The notes under the pieces were generated by a model, which was given only the letters and a program-made list of their open reading frames with translations, was not told where the DNA came from and did not search any database. From Yuukianura sp. NJ FZ-2021 (taxonomy: Eukaryota), in NCBI GenBank assembly GCA_046563655.1, contig CM102288.1, positions 2,356,001-2,420,000 of the forward strand: a stretch of DNA of 64,000 nucleotides, in the 5' to 3' direction. The position numbers and the translations under genes were made by a program. This document shows, piece after piece, positions 1-13,256 of this stretch (its first letter is position 1; each line of letters starts with the position of its first letter).

Positions 1-1817
1 AACAAATATAGACATAAGAGATCATACAAATAGATTTACTATCCCATCCCAACTCCCGTAAATGTGTCTACCCCTTTAATACTCTTTTTCTCCTTGTTTA
101 GAAAACGCTGAATCTACTGCAATTCAATCTTTCAACTTAACTACTAAACAATACGCCAATTTCGCAATCTATGTTCCTTTACATGCCCAATATTGTAAAA
201 CAGTGCCCTAAAGTATGTCAAACCTCGGTTTTAACAATGCATTTGAACCTAATCGAGGAGTTGGTGTACTTAAATGACATTTCAGCAATAAATGTTAGGT
301 TTAGCATTTGCTAATTGGTTACTAAAGTGTGTTAATTCTTGGACCATAACAGAATAAAGGGAGTAAGCGTGACCTTGCCCAAATTATTCAAGTTCGCTTC
401 GCAGTTTAACGTTCGTTCGCTCATTTAAGCAGTTTCTGATTTGCACGGTCACGCTCCAGTCGCTGTAAAGGAGATAAACCATAAGGACCAAACCATATGA
501 AGATGAAGAAGATGAAAACGTTTAGTAATTGGGATGCACAAAAGAATAAATTATTCTAAACTTAGAGGCTACTATTAACAGTTAGTTTACACAATAAACA
601 CTTACGTTACACGTTTCAGTCGTTCAGTCCAGCGAAAACTTCGTGGTCGTTTACATTTTCGTTCGTTGTAAGTAGTTCACCTTCCAGTAATTACAGTTTA
701 GCTGAGCCAATTAATCTTTAAATAGGATAGGAAGGACGTTCCTCAGTTACTTTTGTCCACACAGACGATCGATTACACAATGAGTGTACTAAATGTCCAA
801 TAGTCGTAGCGTAGCAAAGAGCGCAAAGAAGGGAGGATTCACTTCGTCCTATCTCTGGCAAGAGTAACGTTAGACCTGTATACCTTGCCAGTTAATTAAG
901 TAATTGAAGATGTTTGGTTTGAATTAGTGAGTGACCCTATGAATTAGTAATGGTGTTTGAGCAGAAGATAAAGAATTAGATAATCAAAGTGGAGTAGTCT
1001 CTCCCTGTTCTTTTTTTCGTAATGTCAGATTCACTTTCACTTTTTTCATGCACTACAAAAGCATTGGGGAAGATGCGAATGAAGATCGAAATAAAAAAAA
1101 AACATCAATGAACAAACAGCTCATGTTCAAGCTTCTCTTACGGGTTAGACTAAAATCTACTTCCACTTCACCTTCCCGTCTCAAGCGCCACCATCATCGC
1201 ATATGGGCATCCACAATTTATTAAAATTTATTAAAATAGCATTATTTAATTACATTAATTAACTTTATTATAATTTATCTTGTAAATTGCTCTGTTATTT
1301 TGCTCTTTTGGTTAAAAGAAGTTATTCTTATAATTTGTGCTTTCCATATTGCCCTCATCGATAAGCATTATCGAATCATGTACGAAAATTCATAACGCAA
1401 GTTATGTCTTATGAAGGCACAATAAATTACACAAATTACATAATTAGCACATATAAATTATTTAAAATATGTTTGACAGATTTAAGAAATTATTTTTATA
1501 TAAACTATAAATTAAAAAATATATTGTAGCCCAACTATGTTAGGAGAAGAGGTGAAGTAGTAAGAACTGTTGGTCGGACTCAATCTCTGGCTATAATATT
1601 AGTGATTTTTGAAATTGAGTGCAAAAGATGCATCAGCTGGAATTTTGTGGACAAAGTGCATCAAATTCCATTAAAATTGACGTTTGACAATTTACCAGGA
1701 AAACATGAACATGTGGCGCGAGTGGATTCTTTCTTAATTAGTTTAGTTGCTTAATTAGTTCTTAGAAGAAAGAAGGAAGGTACATACCTGGGTTTTACCT
1801 GTCAGTAGAACAGAAGA

Positions 1818-3609
1818 ATGGCGTCCAGCAAAGCAGCTGCTGCTAATCGCACCAAACCTAGAACGACACAAACGCAGAAATCGAAATTAACGTTTGTGGA
1901 ATTGGCGAAAGAAAATTACAAGAAATATGCTACGCTGGAATTCGGGAAATCGCTGCTCACTGATCCTGAACACACGTGGATAATTGCGACATTCTTGTTC
2001 TGTTGTGAAATTGTCATCAATGCGTTCATAATCCTTTATCGTCCATGTAAGCTAAATTGTTCAAAAACATACGCATTTAGAATGAAATGAGGTACTAATT
2101 AAAATAATGTGGTTTTTAGATACGGAGATTGACTGGGAGGCTTACATGTCAGAGGTCGGTGGTTTTCTAAATGGAACCTTTGACTATGCGCAGCTCAAAG
2201 GAGGCACTGGACCGTTAGTGTACCCGGCAGGATTCGTCTACTGCTTCTCCCTGCTATTTATTGCAACCGGAAAAGGCACTAACGTCTTTGCAGCTCAATG
2301 GATATTCGGAGTATTTTATCTCGTCATGATTTATCAAGTATTTCGACTGTACTGTAGATCCAAGAAGGTTTGCCAAAAATCTGCAAAAAGTTGTTGCAAA
2401 TGCAAGAAATCTGAAAATTCTTAATTTTCGAATTCTTAAAAGAAAGTTCTGTTATTTTCAGGTGCCTCCTTATGCTCTACTTTTTCTTACCTTTACTTCA
2501 TATCGTGTTCACTCAATCTTTGTCTTGCGCCTATTCAACGATCCAATTGCAATAATCTTGACTTATATTGCCATCAATGCGTTCCTGGACGGACAATGGA
2601 CACTGGGCAGCCTTGTGTACAGGTGAATTTGTCAAAGCGAGTTATATTTTCGGATGTCCAATGACAATTGAAGCCTAAATTAAATTGACTTGTGATTTGT
2701 GAATTTTGATTTCAGTCTGGCTGTATCTATCAAAATGAACGTTCTACTCTACGCTCCAGCGTTGCTAACAATCTATCTAACGCAATTGAACCTATTTGAC
2801 GCTGGAGTACAACTGGCTGTCTGCGGAGTTCTCCAGGTCAGTCTAAATTCAAAGGGTCCACAACAACTTCTGCATCTTTGGTAGCATTGCAACTAAGGAT
2901 TTGCACTTAAAAACTTATTTGATTTTTACGTTCTAGTTCTCACTGGCGCTACCGTTCCTCATGGTCAACGCTTGGGCCTACCTCTCGCGATCTTTTGACT
3001 TGGGCCGAGTATTCCTCTTTGAATGGACAGTCAACTGGAAATTCCTTCCAGAAGAAATTTTTCTCAATCGATGGTTTCATCTAAGTCTCCTCTGTCTACA
3101 CATCTTAGCCCTTCTCATCTTCCTTCCATCTTGGCTAAGATACCTCCGATCTTACTTAAACTTGGAACGATTTACAAAACAAGAAGGAGGAGCCAAGGCA
3201 CTTCAAATTCGAAATCAGCTATTTCTACTGCCGCTGTTCGTTTCCAATTTTATTGGAATTGTGTTCAGTCGATCCCTCCACTACCAATTCTACATTTGGT
3301 ACTACCATACTCTGCCTTACCTTCTTTGGTCAACCAACTATTCTGTGTCTGCCAAGTATGTTCAGTAGTTCATTCCACCAATATTCAGCTACGTACTTAT
3401 TAGAAAAGAAGCGACTTATTACAAACCGTATTTTGCTTTATAGACTGTGTCTTTTTGGTGTAATCGAGCTTTGCTGGAACGTTTTCCCGGCCACCCCTTA
3501 CTCAAGTTTTGCTCTGCTCACAAGTCATCTCCTAATTCTCGTCGGAATTTGGGTTTATAGTACACCACAGAAGGATATAGCCAACAAATATCAACTTAAG
3601 AATCGGTGA
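1818..3609 (+). CDS. ALG3: Dol-P-Man:Man5GlcNAc2-PP-Dol alpha-1,3-mannosyltransferase, multi-exon
   Basis: Spliced ORF pieces give [76 protein letters not shown] and IELCWNVFP, all characteristic of ALG3; GT-AG introns, e.g. 2047-2119. Confidence 0.95.
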
Positions 3610-3969
3610 AAGTCTAGTTACAAAATAGGCATGCAAAAATTAGCAGTTTCGTATGAATTCAAATCGAAGAGTATACTTACTTTTAATTAACGATATTTCG
3701 TGTGACGAAGCCTGCTAAAGCAAAAGATTTTCAACTTTTCTTCCAGAATTGGCAAATTAAACATTTTGGACAATCCTATATGTCCTCTTATGATCAGAAA
3801 CTTTTTAATTTACGTACCCTACAAACTACGTTAACATTATTTGTATAATTAGTCAGTAGTTAATCAATTAACCTACTACAATTAAGGCTACAGAATCGCG
3901 GAAAGCAAGGTAAGAATATGAATAACTTAAAACTTAAGAGCAGCAGCATTCCAAAAATTGTTTCGTTTT

Positions 3970-6900
3970 TTACAGAACCCGATTCAGTTTCAAATCAAGA
4001 ATTGGCGATCCAGGATTAAACAGCTCTGGCGCACTCCGAATTGACGAATTGGATTCACTCAATTTCCGGACAGCAGAATCCAGTAACCTATTTTTTCTAT
4101 GTACAGTTCTAAAAATATTTTGTGTTCTTCCTCTAGAATTGGTTCGAACACGACGCATGTCATCGTCACTACTTTCATCAAACGAACAAGAAAAATGTGG
4201 CGGTGACTTTCCAGAACCAGTAGCTGGTGACCCTGGCGATGGACTGCGACTCAGCAAAAGTCTCTTTTCAATCCACTCCAGCATCAGTTGAACTTCATCT
4301 GGAGATTTCAAGCGATAGTTGGCACAAGTTTTAGCTGAAGAGGAGCTGGAAGCTACTTTAAACGTCGTTGCAATTCCACTCAGAGCTTGCATCGCTTCTT
4401 CATCGCTGGCGTCATCTCCAGCGTAAATGACCCGTGTAATGTCTGACCAATCTTCACCATGCAGAGTCCTTAAAATGTGAAGCGAAGCTCTGCCACGGTC
4501 CCATTTCGGTTTGGCTTCCAGTGCCATTGGAGCATCGTGAGCCCGAAATCCATTGTGTGTGAAAACTTCTGTAGCTTTTCGGACAAGTTCGGACCGACCG
4601 ATAGCGGGAACTTGACGGTAATGAAAAGTTAGCAGAGCACCTTTGTTTTCAACCCAAGCACCTTCAGCTCCGGCGCAGATTTCATCAAGGTCCTTTTGCA
4701 GTACTTTGATTCTGTCTTCATGATCGGCAGTAATCGGGTGGATGTACTTTGTTCCATCAGGTGACAGTATTTCTGAAATTTTCAAAATTCAAATTCAAAA
4801 TTTTTGAAAACTAATTCTTTTTTGTTTGAAATTTCAGTTTTCTGACCTAAGCCATGTGACCCTGCGTAAACAACGTCATCTAGCAGAACCATGTTTTTGA
4901 GGTTCCACAAACTCCGTCCGGAAATGATCACGATGGAGACTTGATCCGTGTACTTCGACAGTCGTTTGAGGATTTGACGTGTTTCGTGTCTAAGTGTAGC
5001 CAGTTCAGGTTTGTCAGCAATGTTAGCTAATGTTCCATCATAATCTAAGATTAACGTTAACTTTTCTGGTCCATTTCCACTTCCAGCAGCAACATCCAAG
5101 TGAACAAAATCTGAGAGATACTGGTCAAAGTCATCTACTGACAGGGGATTCATCTTGGCCAGATCTGGATTATTGTTGACATCAGACACCAAGAGACCCA
5201 TTGCTCTTAGGAAAGAGTTCAACCAAAAGGTCACGTCTTCCGACTTTTCACGGCGCTGAAGATGCTTCATGCGCAAATGACGCTCGTCGAACGGCATTTC
5301 AAGAGCACGGTGCATTTTGTCTGCGACGTCGTCCAGTTCATAAGGGTTTACCAATATTGCCTCCAGCATTGTTCCTTTGAAATCAAAATTTTGTGAAATT
5401 CTGGAATTTAAAATTTTGGAAGCTTTTTTGTTACCTCCAGCTCCAGCAAAAGGTGACAGCAAAAGGACGCCAGGATCGGCCAAATCTTGGCATGCGACGT
5501 ACTCCTTGGCTACGAGGTTCATTCCGTCTCTGAGGGGAGTAACTATGGCAACGGACGAGTCACGGTAGAATGCTGCCAGTTGATCCTGTGAAATGCAGCC
5601 AAAGATGTAGCGAATTGGTGACCAATTGGGCTTGGAGAAGCGACCGTTGATGCTGCCAATACGCTGGTCCATTTCTTCTTTCAGAGCTTGGTACTCCTTC
5701 ACATCAATCCGAGAAGGTACTGCAACCTATTTTCAAAAAAAATTCAATTCTAAAAAATTTTCAACAAAGTTCACATTTTTCGAAAACTTCGAATTTTATA
5801 GGATGCTGACCTGTAGAAATGTGACTGTTGAGCAGCAACGGAACGAGATCATGAAAGAAAAACCAAAAATTCGTCAGTTTCGGAAAACCCAATTTGAAAA
5901 ACCATCAAGGTTCCTTGACAACGAAAAGTTAATTTTCTTTAACAGGTTGGGTACTACCTCGCTTGTTGACAGAAAAACGAATTCGTATGAAATTTTTTAA
6001 AAATTCGGCTGTATTGTTATGCCTATACGATGCCCTGAACTGAAAAGACCTTTTTTTGCAAAATCAAAAAACATGAAGTATTACCCAACCTGGTAAAGAA
6101 AATCAAAGAACAAACTTTGAAAAATCATTTTCGAATTTTTTGAAAACCTTTTTCTAAATGTTCTGGATATTTTTCCAGGAGACGTTCAAAGGCCTTGACA
6201 CGGTGAACCAGTCCCTTCGTGTAGTCTAGCCTGTCCACTCCAAGTATAATTTTTTGGTCTTTTTCTTTAAGGTACTTTGGAGCCCTTCGAGAGAGTTCTG
6301 CAAAGTGGTCATAAGGGATCCCTATTGGCAGTGCTTTGATATGGATTGTCCTTCCATCCAGTTCCAGAATGAATCTAGTTTTGTCCACTCGACACCCCAG
6401 GCGACGGTGACAACAGTCCAAGAAGTTGAGACAGTAGTCATCAATGTGGAATCCTACTAGGTCACAACCTGTAGTACAAAGTGACAAAGGTCATCACATG
6501 TCACTACTAGTTAACTATAAACACGCCATAAGGAAAACTACGCCGAAAATTCACGTGTTAGTACGTGACAAAATCCACGCTTCATAAATCAAATTATTTT
6601 CAACACTTTGTGTGTTTTGCGATTTGCGAAATGTCAAAAATTGACAAAGTCAAGAGCAAGAATAATTGCTCTGTTTACTTCGCGTGTGGGAACGGTGATG
6701 TCATGTGGTGTAACATGTTGACATGCCTTGTTTTCTTCACATGTTGCAAAATCGTTGCAGAAATTTCAAAAAACTGTGCTTTACCTAGGATCCCTTCCAG
6801 AATTTCATCATCCCATGGGAAGAGACGCATAATATCCCACGCTGGAAATGGAATGTGAAGAAAGAAACTCATTTTGCAACGAAGTCCTTCCTCTTCCGCA

Positions 6901-8693
6901 ACCTTAACAAAATTGCAATGACAAAATTTTAACAGTGAGTTCAGTTGTTAGTTAATCGCAATTTGCAATTAATCGTTCCACTACAACTCCTCGATTGTGT
7001 GTAAAAATTAGTCCAAGTAGTTGATAAATTCATGAATTGAAATTTCAAAACAAAGTTTCGAATTCATACAAATGCAAAACAAAAACAAGGTCAAGGATTT
7101 AAAAATTGCACTTTTTGAAAAAAAATGCAAAAGTTAAGATTAGACAAAAATCATAGCTTGTAAGCAGATTGTTTTATAAAAACGAGGAAGTTGACCCTTG
7201 GGTCAAGTTTGCTTGACCCCTGGGTTAAGTGTGCTTGACCTTTGACATAACTATAACTTACCCGTCGAACATAGTTGGCAGCTAACATCAACTGGTAGTC
7301 ATGGATCCATACCAAGGGAGATACTTCCGTTTGACCTTCAGCATCCAGTTGCTTGAGACAATTTCTGAGCGCTTCCAGTGTCTTCTTGGCAAATTCTTCA
7401 TTGACCAATTTGTACTTCGCGTACGTTTTTTCTTTAAAGATTGCACGATCTGGCATTCTAAGGTCAAAATAGATAAGCAGGTACACAATGTTAGCTTAAA
7501 AAATGTATTGCATAATAACACAATATGTACCTAGATAAATAAATATTAATATATTAATGTTATTTAAAAGTTAATGTAAGTTGCAAAACACTTACGAATG
7601 AAACAATGGCCAAAACGTTTCATTGCAGCATCCTAGAGAAAGTGCAAAATTTTGGAAATTGTGATTCTGTTAAGGTTTATTGAGTTAGTAAGTTGCAGGG
7701 GTGGATGTTTACCGTTGTAGTAGAGGTCAAAGTCCACGGGGTCAACTTGGACAGGCACGACCTGTGACGACTTGAGTCCAGCAGTGGGACTTTGGTCATT
7801 GGGATTGGACTCCGGGATGACCTCATGCTCTTCCAACGTTGACATGCCGCTCCACCCAACCCAAGTCCCATTGCACTCAATCACGACCGGAGCCACGGCT
7901 GTCACGAGTCCACCAGCACTGTTTTCCAAAGTTAAATTTAAAAATAATTAAGGTCAAAGTCATTAATCACGCGTTAGTTAAGGAGTTGACCCCTCCCTGC
8001 CACAACTAGTGCCATATTAATCTCTATTTCCTCTCCTGTCTAGAATTATCAAGATCTTCTCTAAGCGTCTAAGCATCCTCAATTTCACACCAATTGACCA
8101 ACTAACTGTAACTGCCCAATTTTAAATTAAAATATGACGACAATAATTAATTGAGGTATGGTGTGGGTCGCAAATCGGGTCAAATTAGTTTGACCTCTTG
8201 CACAATCTGCGTCATCGCTGTAAAATGGCAACATTTTTGCAAAATGGCAACTTTAGTCTCAAATATTAACATTTCCAAGTTATCAAAGCAGAAAAACTTG
8301 CGAAAATTTTGGATTTATATTTTTGAAAAATAAAATTAATATGTTCAAAATTATTTTAAAACCAAAATTTAGGATCAGATTTTTTCGTTTTAGATGTTAA
8401 TATTAATTACACACCATTAAAACTATCTTTAGTACTTATTCTGAAAAGCCTGCCAGAAACAGGAGAATAAATGAAATGAAATGAAATGAAATGTTGTGCT
8501 AGATTGTTAATTTTCTGGTTTTAATAATTTATATTTTAATTTAAGTGTTTTAATAATATTATTTTAAATACAATTTGTTTTACCATTGTTTTCTAACAAG
8601 GTTTCCATCAGCGTCTCTGTCAACTATGAACGGAAGGCGATTGGACACGACAATCATGGGAGCAGCGATTCTGGATTGCATTCTTGCGAACAT
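3970..8693 (-). CDS. Tps1: Bifunctional trehalose-6-phosphate synthase/phosphatase, multi-exon
   Basis: IVVSNRLPF in exon 1 (ATG at 8693), AGGLVTAV, FWPLFH, VWIHDYQLML, FFLHIPFP, LGVDRLDYTKG, TPLRDGMNLVAKEY; C-terminal HAD phosphatase motifs LDYDGTL and YAGDDASDEEAM; Ser/Arg-rich tail. Confidence 0.96.
5905..6103. repeat. Dispersed ~200 bp hairpin element, copy 1 (Tps1 intron); possibly a MITE or non-autonomous element
   Basis: Inverted arms 5933-5957 and 6078-6102 pair at 23/25 nt and are preceded by CAAGGTTCCTTGACAAC; alignable by eye with 9610-9794. Confidence 0.65.
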
Positions 8694-9609
8694 TTTGCAA
8701 CTTTCACTTTGTTACTGTTTTGTTTTTAATAACTTTTACGCAACTGTTTAAAACCTAAATTAATGTCAACATTCTTTAAGAAAAAGAATGCATTTGGAAA
8801 GAAGTTATTGTAGATCTATTTTGAGAAAAAAAAAGTATTTTCTTTTTAAATTTAAAAGTTGAGGAAGTTTTGTGTTTTGAAAGTGTGAAGAAAGTTAAGT
8901 GTTGTGGAAATGGATTAGGAGACGCTCCTTTTATCACTTTCAAAAAACACGGAATTACGTCACTTGATTTTAGCACAAGCGAAGTCACTACTCCAGACGC
9001 TTCGGAAGTTAAAACTAAATCAGTCGCTTTTATCATGTCCAGCCACGAGCTGCTAGTTTTACAATAATTTTTAGCACACCAATTCATTCAGCCTTCATCA
9101 TGCATTCATTTTCATTAAATTTTAAATAGTTAAAACTAAAAATTAACAATAAAAGGCAGCCTAACATGATGAAGAGGTCAAGGTCACCTTCACTCACGCA
9201 TTTTTACGAAAAGTATTCAGAGAAATGACAAAAGCTTTCATACGCTTGTCGCATGCCGTACACGATGCGACGTAGTTTAAAACAAGCTAGACTTTTCCCA
9301 CATGCAAAACCCACCGGCTTCTCCCTGACCTCGTGAACACTTTTCAGAGTTGTAAAAATACCAGTAAAAATATATACATTCACGAAGATTTATTTTGGTG
9401 CCATAATAATCTTGTTTACAAACAAATTTTGGCTTTTGGCACTCACAAATCTCAAAATTTTTTAAAAGAAATGGAAAGTTTTGCCCAAAAATACGTCAAT
9501 TTTTTTTATGAACGACGTCAACTCTAAGACTAGACTTTTTATTGGTTTATTTTTCAGGAAGAGTTGTAACAATAATTTTTTGGAGTGGCGTTGAAGTGAC
9601 GCATGATAC

Positions 9610-9794
9610 CAAGGTTTCTTGACAACCGAAATTGAATTTCCTACAACAGGTTGTCAAATACCTCACTGTTTCCAAAAATCGTACTTCAAACAAATTCTGC
9701 ACAAATCCCATTTACATTAACGCAAAAAATCACCATAGGCAGATTTTTGTTAAATTTTAAAACTTCCAGGTATTGGACAACCTAGTGTAGAAAA
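9610..9794. repeat. Dispersed hairpin element, copy 2 (upstream of Tps1)
   Basis: CAAGGTTTCTTGACAAC followed by inverted arms 9637-9663 and 9768-9794; same layout as copy 1. Confidence 0.6.
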
Positions 9795-10644
9795 AGTTTT
9801 TTTTTTGATACATTGTTTGTACATTCGATTTTTACAGGTCATTGACCTTAGCTAACACTAACGTTGTTAAACTTAACGTACTTTAATCAAGTTAGCCGCA
9901 TTAATCCAGTTTCAACTTCGCTTTTTTCCTGGTTGCAAAATTTTTGATTCATTTCTAGCGTCTAATTCTAATCGGTGATTGAGAATTTACAAAACAAGCA
10001 AGGTTTTTAGCCAAATATTTGTCTTAAAAAGTCAATTGTTTGTCATGTTCCGTTTTCTTGTTTCTTCTGCGCAAATTTTAAACAATTTCAAAATCCTAAT
10101 CAAAGAGCGATAATTTTCAAAAAGTCACACCTCCACGTGCTTGTTTGTTTTTAGTTCGTACGATCCTCTTTTGGTGCATTTTTTTATGTTGACTGTTTTT
10201 GAGACTAACTCGTAAAGCTGTTGTCGTGGTTTAGACTATCTGAGATCTAAGCATCTTGAGGTCAAAGGTCACATAAATAAGGTGATTAACCTCTTGACCT
10301 CTTGCAAATTTATGGTGTTGACTATATGATGAAGCTAACACAATTTCAAAATCTCAAGGTTCCGTCTCACTTCTCACAGTTTGTTCAATCAATGAACAAA
10401 CTCACAGCAAACAGATATTTTTTTAGCGCAATTTTAAGTGAGGCCTCATTTACTTTTAATGGTGAATGTTACAATTTCAAAATCTTTTAATAAAAAACCA
10501 CAAAGCGTATCCAAAAGTTTCGAAATTTTTGAAAAACTGGTTACTTCAGAACCAAAAATAGCAGCGCTTTGATAAACCAAAATTCAAAAACTTTGTTTTT
10601 ATTGCTCCATATTTTTCAAAAAACACTTTTTACACTTACGTTTT

Positions 10645-11661
10645 TTAGCGCGATGTGTGGAACAGTGTCCACCAGTAAACAATCCAGGTGACAATCGGTA
10701 GAAAAATGAGGTCAAGCAGAAACATTAGATAGAAAATTTTGGCGCGCAATTTGAGCATGTAGTGTGTCGCAGGTATTGGAAGGTTAAACACATCAGACCA
10801 GAATCCAATTAATGCCCCAATGAAACCAACCGCTGCGCACACAGCATTCACTTGGCACCAGTATTTCCACTCTGCATAAACGGCCTGGAAGAGGTCAAAG
10901 GTCAAGGTCAATGACCTTTGGGCTTTTCACTGAAAAATTTTAAGGAGTCCTTACCAAGGCAAAAGTGGCCATTTGAATACTTCCAACTGCAATGGCAACT
11001 GACACTGTGAGGATCCATTTGTCCAGTTCATTTGCAAAGCGACACTCGTGTGTCAATGCCCAAGTAATGACTGGTGGATCAAAAGAGATCATGTTAAAAT
11101 GGCATTGGGTGTGCCGTTGACGCCAGTCCACCATGAACATGGCTGATGCCACGACTAGAATCCCTCCGACAGCCTAAATTATGTATACAAGAGGTTAGGT
11201 CAGAAAAAGTAAGAGGTCAGAGGTCAAAAGGTCACCAGAGACACGACAGCAAGTCGTTGATGTTTGTCCAAGTACAGAGACTGGATCGGTTCCAACTCAT
11301 GGACACTTTGACGCATGCGTCTTCGGCTGACGGACATTGAACGCGAAGAGCGGGAACGACCGCTGACTGACTCGGAACCGGACGTTGTACTAATCCTGGA
11401 AGTCATCGATTCTCGACTGTCATCCGGAGGAATTATGACTACGACGTCCTTTTTGCCCTTTTTGCTGTCCTTTTTGTCTTCTTTGCCCTTTTTGCTGTCC
11501 TTCTTGTCTTCTTTGTTCTTTTTGCTGTCCTTGCTTTTGTCCTTTTTGTCTTTGCTCTTTTTGCCGTCCTCGACCTTCCCCTCGTTTTCCCCATCCACTT
11601 TTGCCTTGTCTTTGTCTTCGTCCTTGCCCGTATCTGGTGGTCCATTGTTTTCGGACGCCAT
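10645..11661 (-). CDS. Divergent member of the 4-TM family with a Lys/Asp-rich N-terminal extension (3 exons)
   Basis: Spliced RLAVVSL|AVGGILVVASAMF...IQMATFAL|AVYAEW; both phase-0 introns fall at the same positions as in the + strand paralogs; four hydrophobic segments; KKDSKKGKED-type repeats. Confidence 0.75.
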
Positions 11662-11958
11662 TTTTTGAAGTTCGTTTTACTCAGCGACTCAAGCAAACTG
11701 TCACTTTTCTGTCAAGAGTTGTGTCAAACGTATGCGTAAGCAAATAGATGGCAGCAGCAGCGAAGCGCCAGTGAATTCGAGCAAATTCGGTTTTTACTTT
11801 GTTTTTGCCCCAATATTCAACGAGTACTGGTTACTACGGAAATCTTTGGGTCAATATTTGTGATTTTTTTTTGGACTCAAGGTCAATCATCTCTTCCCAG
11901 TTCCAGATCCCGATTTCAAAAGAATTTTACAAGTTCCGCAGTGTATCTGTTCGGGACC

Positions 11959-12863
11959 ATGGCCATGGAGGCCAAACTGATTCTAGCCGCCGTGTCACTA
12001 GTAATATTATCGTTAGTACTTTTAACTTTCGATTTCAATTGCGAATGTCGCAAGATTGCTAACTAACATTCTTTTTCAGGGTTTCGGAATGACCCTCCTT
12101 GTCATGTCTTCCGTTATGGTCCACATCATGAAGTACAATGACAAGGTGTATCGTCGCTTGGAAGAACGGGGATGGACTATAGATGAGCCTATCCCAAGAG
12201 GGACTAAAAACGGGACTAACACAGGATTGACTCATATTGGGACTAACACAGAATTGAGTAAAAGTGGGACTAACGCAGGCGGGACTACACGTCCAACAGA
12301 AACTCAGAGATACAAAGACAACTACGATGGCGTCCACGCTGCGTATTCCCTTGCTCTCATCGTTTCTATTCTGCACATCCTGGCTTTCGTGATGGTAAAA
12401 GTTACATAAAAGTTACATAAGTTACATAAAAGTTACATAAAATGTTAGTTAGTTTTGTTTTTGATTTTGAATCTGTTGGTCCAGGTTTCTGTCAAAGATG
12501 ACTTGTGGCTCCCCTGGTCCGGAATCCACATTGGCATTTTCGTTTTTGCGTTGGTCACTTTCGCACTCTCCATTGCTTACAAAGTTCAGACGAAACCGGG
12601 TGATGCTGATTACGGTATGGACCGAAGTGAATGAATATTCTAATAAGTTATGTTATTTTAATTATTATGTTTTTATATAACTTATTTGATTAATAATGAT
12701 TTTAACAGGACGCAGTCCTTCGAAGGGCCAATGGTACAACTTGTTCCCTGCTGGGTTCTTGGGCATTACGTTTATCGTCATCATTGCATTTGACGTCGTG
12801 TTTTCAATCGTAGCCGCCGTGGCTCCATTCCTGTTGAACAAATTCCGGCCTAACCAAAATTAA
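11959..12863 (+). CDS. Uncharacterised 4-TM membrane protein, paralog A (4 exons)
   Basis: MAMEAKLILAAVSL|GFGMTLLVMSSV...YKDNYDGVHAAYSLAL...AFVM|VSVKDDLWLPW...|GRSPSKGQWYNLFPAGFLG; open frame across GT-AG introns; stop at 12861. Confidence 0.85.
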
Positions 12864-13061
12864 TTTCAGAAATGACTTCTTTTTCAAAATTTAAAATTCC
12901 TAAAAATTCCAAATTTTCAAAAATTTGGTTCTTCTGAATACTAAATTCTGAAATTCTGCGTATTTCGCCATCTTTAGCTGTCTGATTGCGGAAATTGATT
13001 TTTGAAGTGTATGGGATTCAAATATTTTTGAAAATATTTCAAAATTTTCATCTTCCGGTTC

Positions 13062-13076
13062 GTTTCTGGGGACAAC
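13062..13076 (+). promoter_or_regulatory. X-box-like (RFX) motif upstream of paralog B
   Basis: GTTTCTGGGGACAAC fits RYYNYY-N1-3-RRNRAC and recurs upstream of paralogs C, D and E. Confidence 0.55.
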
Positions 13077-13256
13077 TTTAGGATCTCTGCTTAGTTTGTT
13101 AAAAATTTCATAGCTCACTTTTTTGTGTAGAAAATTTCCAAAAAACTTTCACTTTTCAGCGATTTTGGTTGATGAACTTCTGAAATACTGCACTATTCTC
13201 ACATTTTTTTTCGGTTTTGGTTCAGACTTGATCATTGGCCACCATTCTTCGGAACA

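Noticed and set aside
1..1700. Possible gene or mobile element in the first 1.7 kb
   Set aside because: No ORF of 60 aa or more and no terminal repeats seen; a minus-strand donor-like site near 605 may belong to the UTR of a gene outside the window but cannot be supported here.
11315..11668. 117-aa Leu/Ser/Phe-rich + strand ORF that looks like a membrane protein
   Set aside because: It is the antisense shadow of the Lys/Asp repeat exon on the - strand.
12397..12442. AAAGTTACAT tandem repeats, and the TGACCTCGTAA repeats at 14345-14420, as a CRISPR-like array
   Set aside because: Short intronic slippage repeats in a eukaryotic gene; no unique spacers and no cas genes.
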